A stretch of DNA of 61,627 nt, the filler included. It is 5 parts of 5 records of this genome, joined end to end, with 100 filler letters (N's around TTAATTAATTAA, not from the genome) between each part and the next. Parts side by side here need not be neighbours in the genome. Positions count along the whole stretch, not along the records: positions 49,797 to 61,627 come from SRR31156797_4290; 4 more parts are not named here. One strand, given 5' to 3'. The position numbers were made by a program, and so were the translations under genes. This document shows positions 61,065 to 61,627 of this stretch, piece by piece; position 1 is the first letter of the stretch; each line of letters opens with the position of its first letter. The notes beneath the pieces were generated by a model. That model was not told where the DNA came from. It ran no database searches and saw only the letters and a list, made by a program, of their open reading frames with translations.

Positions 61065-61573
61065 TACAACCACTCCTTTCTGAAAAAATAGGCGGTTGCG
61101 TAAGCGCCCCCGAAAATGCAGAACATGAAGAGCCAGCTTCCCAATGCCAGCTCAGAGGCGCCCGTGAGGGCCTGCCCGCTGGTGCAACCCCTGGCCAGAC
61201 GGGCTGCAAACCCGGAGAGAATTCCACCGCCCAGCGCAAGCCAAAGTCTCGCTGAAACACCAATGGCGGGTCCACGGACCACTTCTCCTTTGATTCTATT
61301 GGAGATAAAAGCCGAGAAGAGAGCACCCAGACCGGCCCCCAGACTCAGGAAAACCAGCCATGCCATGAGAGGGGAACGACCCGCCCCAAAATACTTTGAA
61401 AAATAGGTATTGGTTTCCGTATGTTCGGGCGCCACAAACGCCATCCCGAAGGCCGCAATCCTGGAAAAACTGGCCGACGAACCAACCCCACGGCCCATGG
61501 TATAAAAGGCAAAAAGCAGAACAAGTCCTAGAAAAAAGCCGATCAGGTAAGGGTTGGCATACCGTTTATTCAT
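61064..61573 (-). CDS. YeeE/YedE (TsuA-like) sulfur compound transporter, first half
   Basis: 'NPYLIG', 'GFAARLARGCTSGQALTG'; AAGGA before ATG at 61573. Confidence 0.9.
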   Translation of the reverse strand: MNKRYANPYLIGFFLGLVLLFAFYTMGRGVGSSASFSRIAAFGMAFVAPEHTETNTYFSKYFGAGRSPLMAWLVFLSLGAGLGALFSAFISNRIKGEVVRGPAIGVSARLWLALGGGILSGFAARLARGCTSGQALTGASELALGSWLFMFCIFGGAYATAYFFRKEWL

Positions 61574-61627
61574 GGTTTCGTTCCTTTTAAAAATTTGCAA
61601 CCTGTGCGGTTAGCCATTAGCGTTTAG

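Overview
The window is not one locus. It is five unrelated contigs joined by 100-nt N-TTAATTAATTAA-N spacers (6911-7010, 17075-17174, 42462-42561, 49697-49796); taxonomic guesses come from composition and protein style only. (1) 1-6910, AT-rich anaerobe (Clostridia/Fusobacteria-like): three-subunit xanthine-dehydrogenase-family molybdenum hydroxylase followed by a selenium-handling operon (cysteine desulfurase-like, Cys-type SelD, YedF, DUF3343-like). (2) 7011-17074, Bacteroidota: pectin PUL (SusC/SusD, surface lipoprotein, GH43, CE8, GH28, CE12, CE8). (3) 17175-42461, probably a free-living spirochaete: several sugar ABC and catabolic loci (ADP-dependent sugar kinase plus class II aldolase; split transketolase, PfkB, aldolase, ribulokinase), regulators and a NarX-type chemoreceptor. 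(4) 42562-49696, Arcobacter-like Campylobacterota: mdaB, nitroreductase, old yellow enzyme, MFS, thiI and a ZorAB/MotAB-like pair. (5) 49797-61627, Desulfobacterota-like: ArsA/Get3 ATPase, sigma54 regulator, Kch-type K+ channel, orphan MglA, TPR-fused PilB/GspE, pseudo-receiver/PAS protein, cupin, hcp with an HcpR-like site, and split YeeE/YedE. No rRNA, tRNA, CRISPR array or IS element was recognised. The best leads are the MglA / TPR-PilB / pseudo-receiver module, the orphan ZorAB-like pair and the ADP-kinase sugar pathway.
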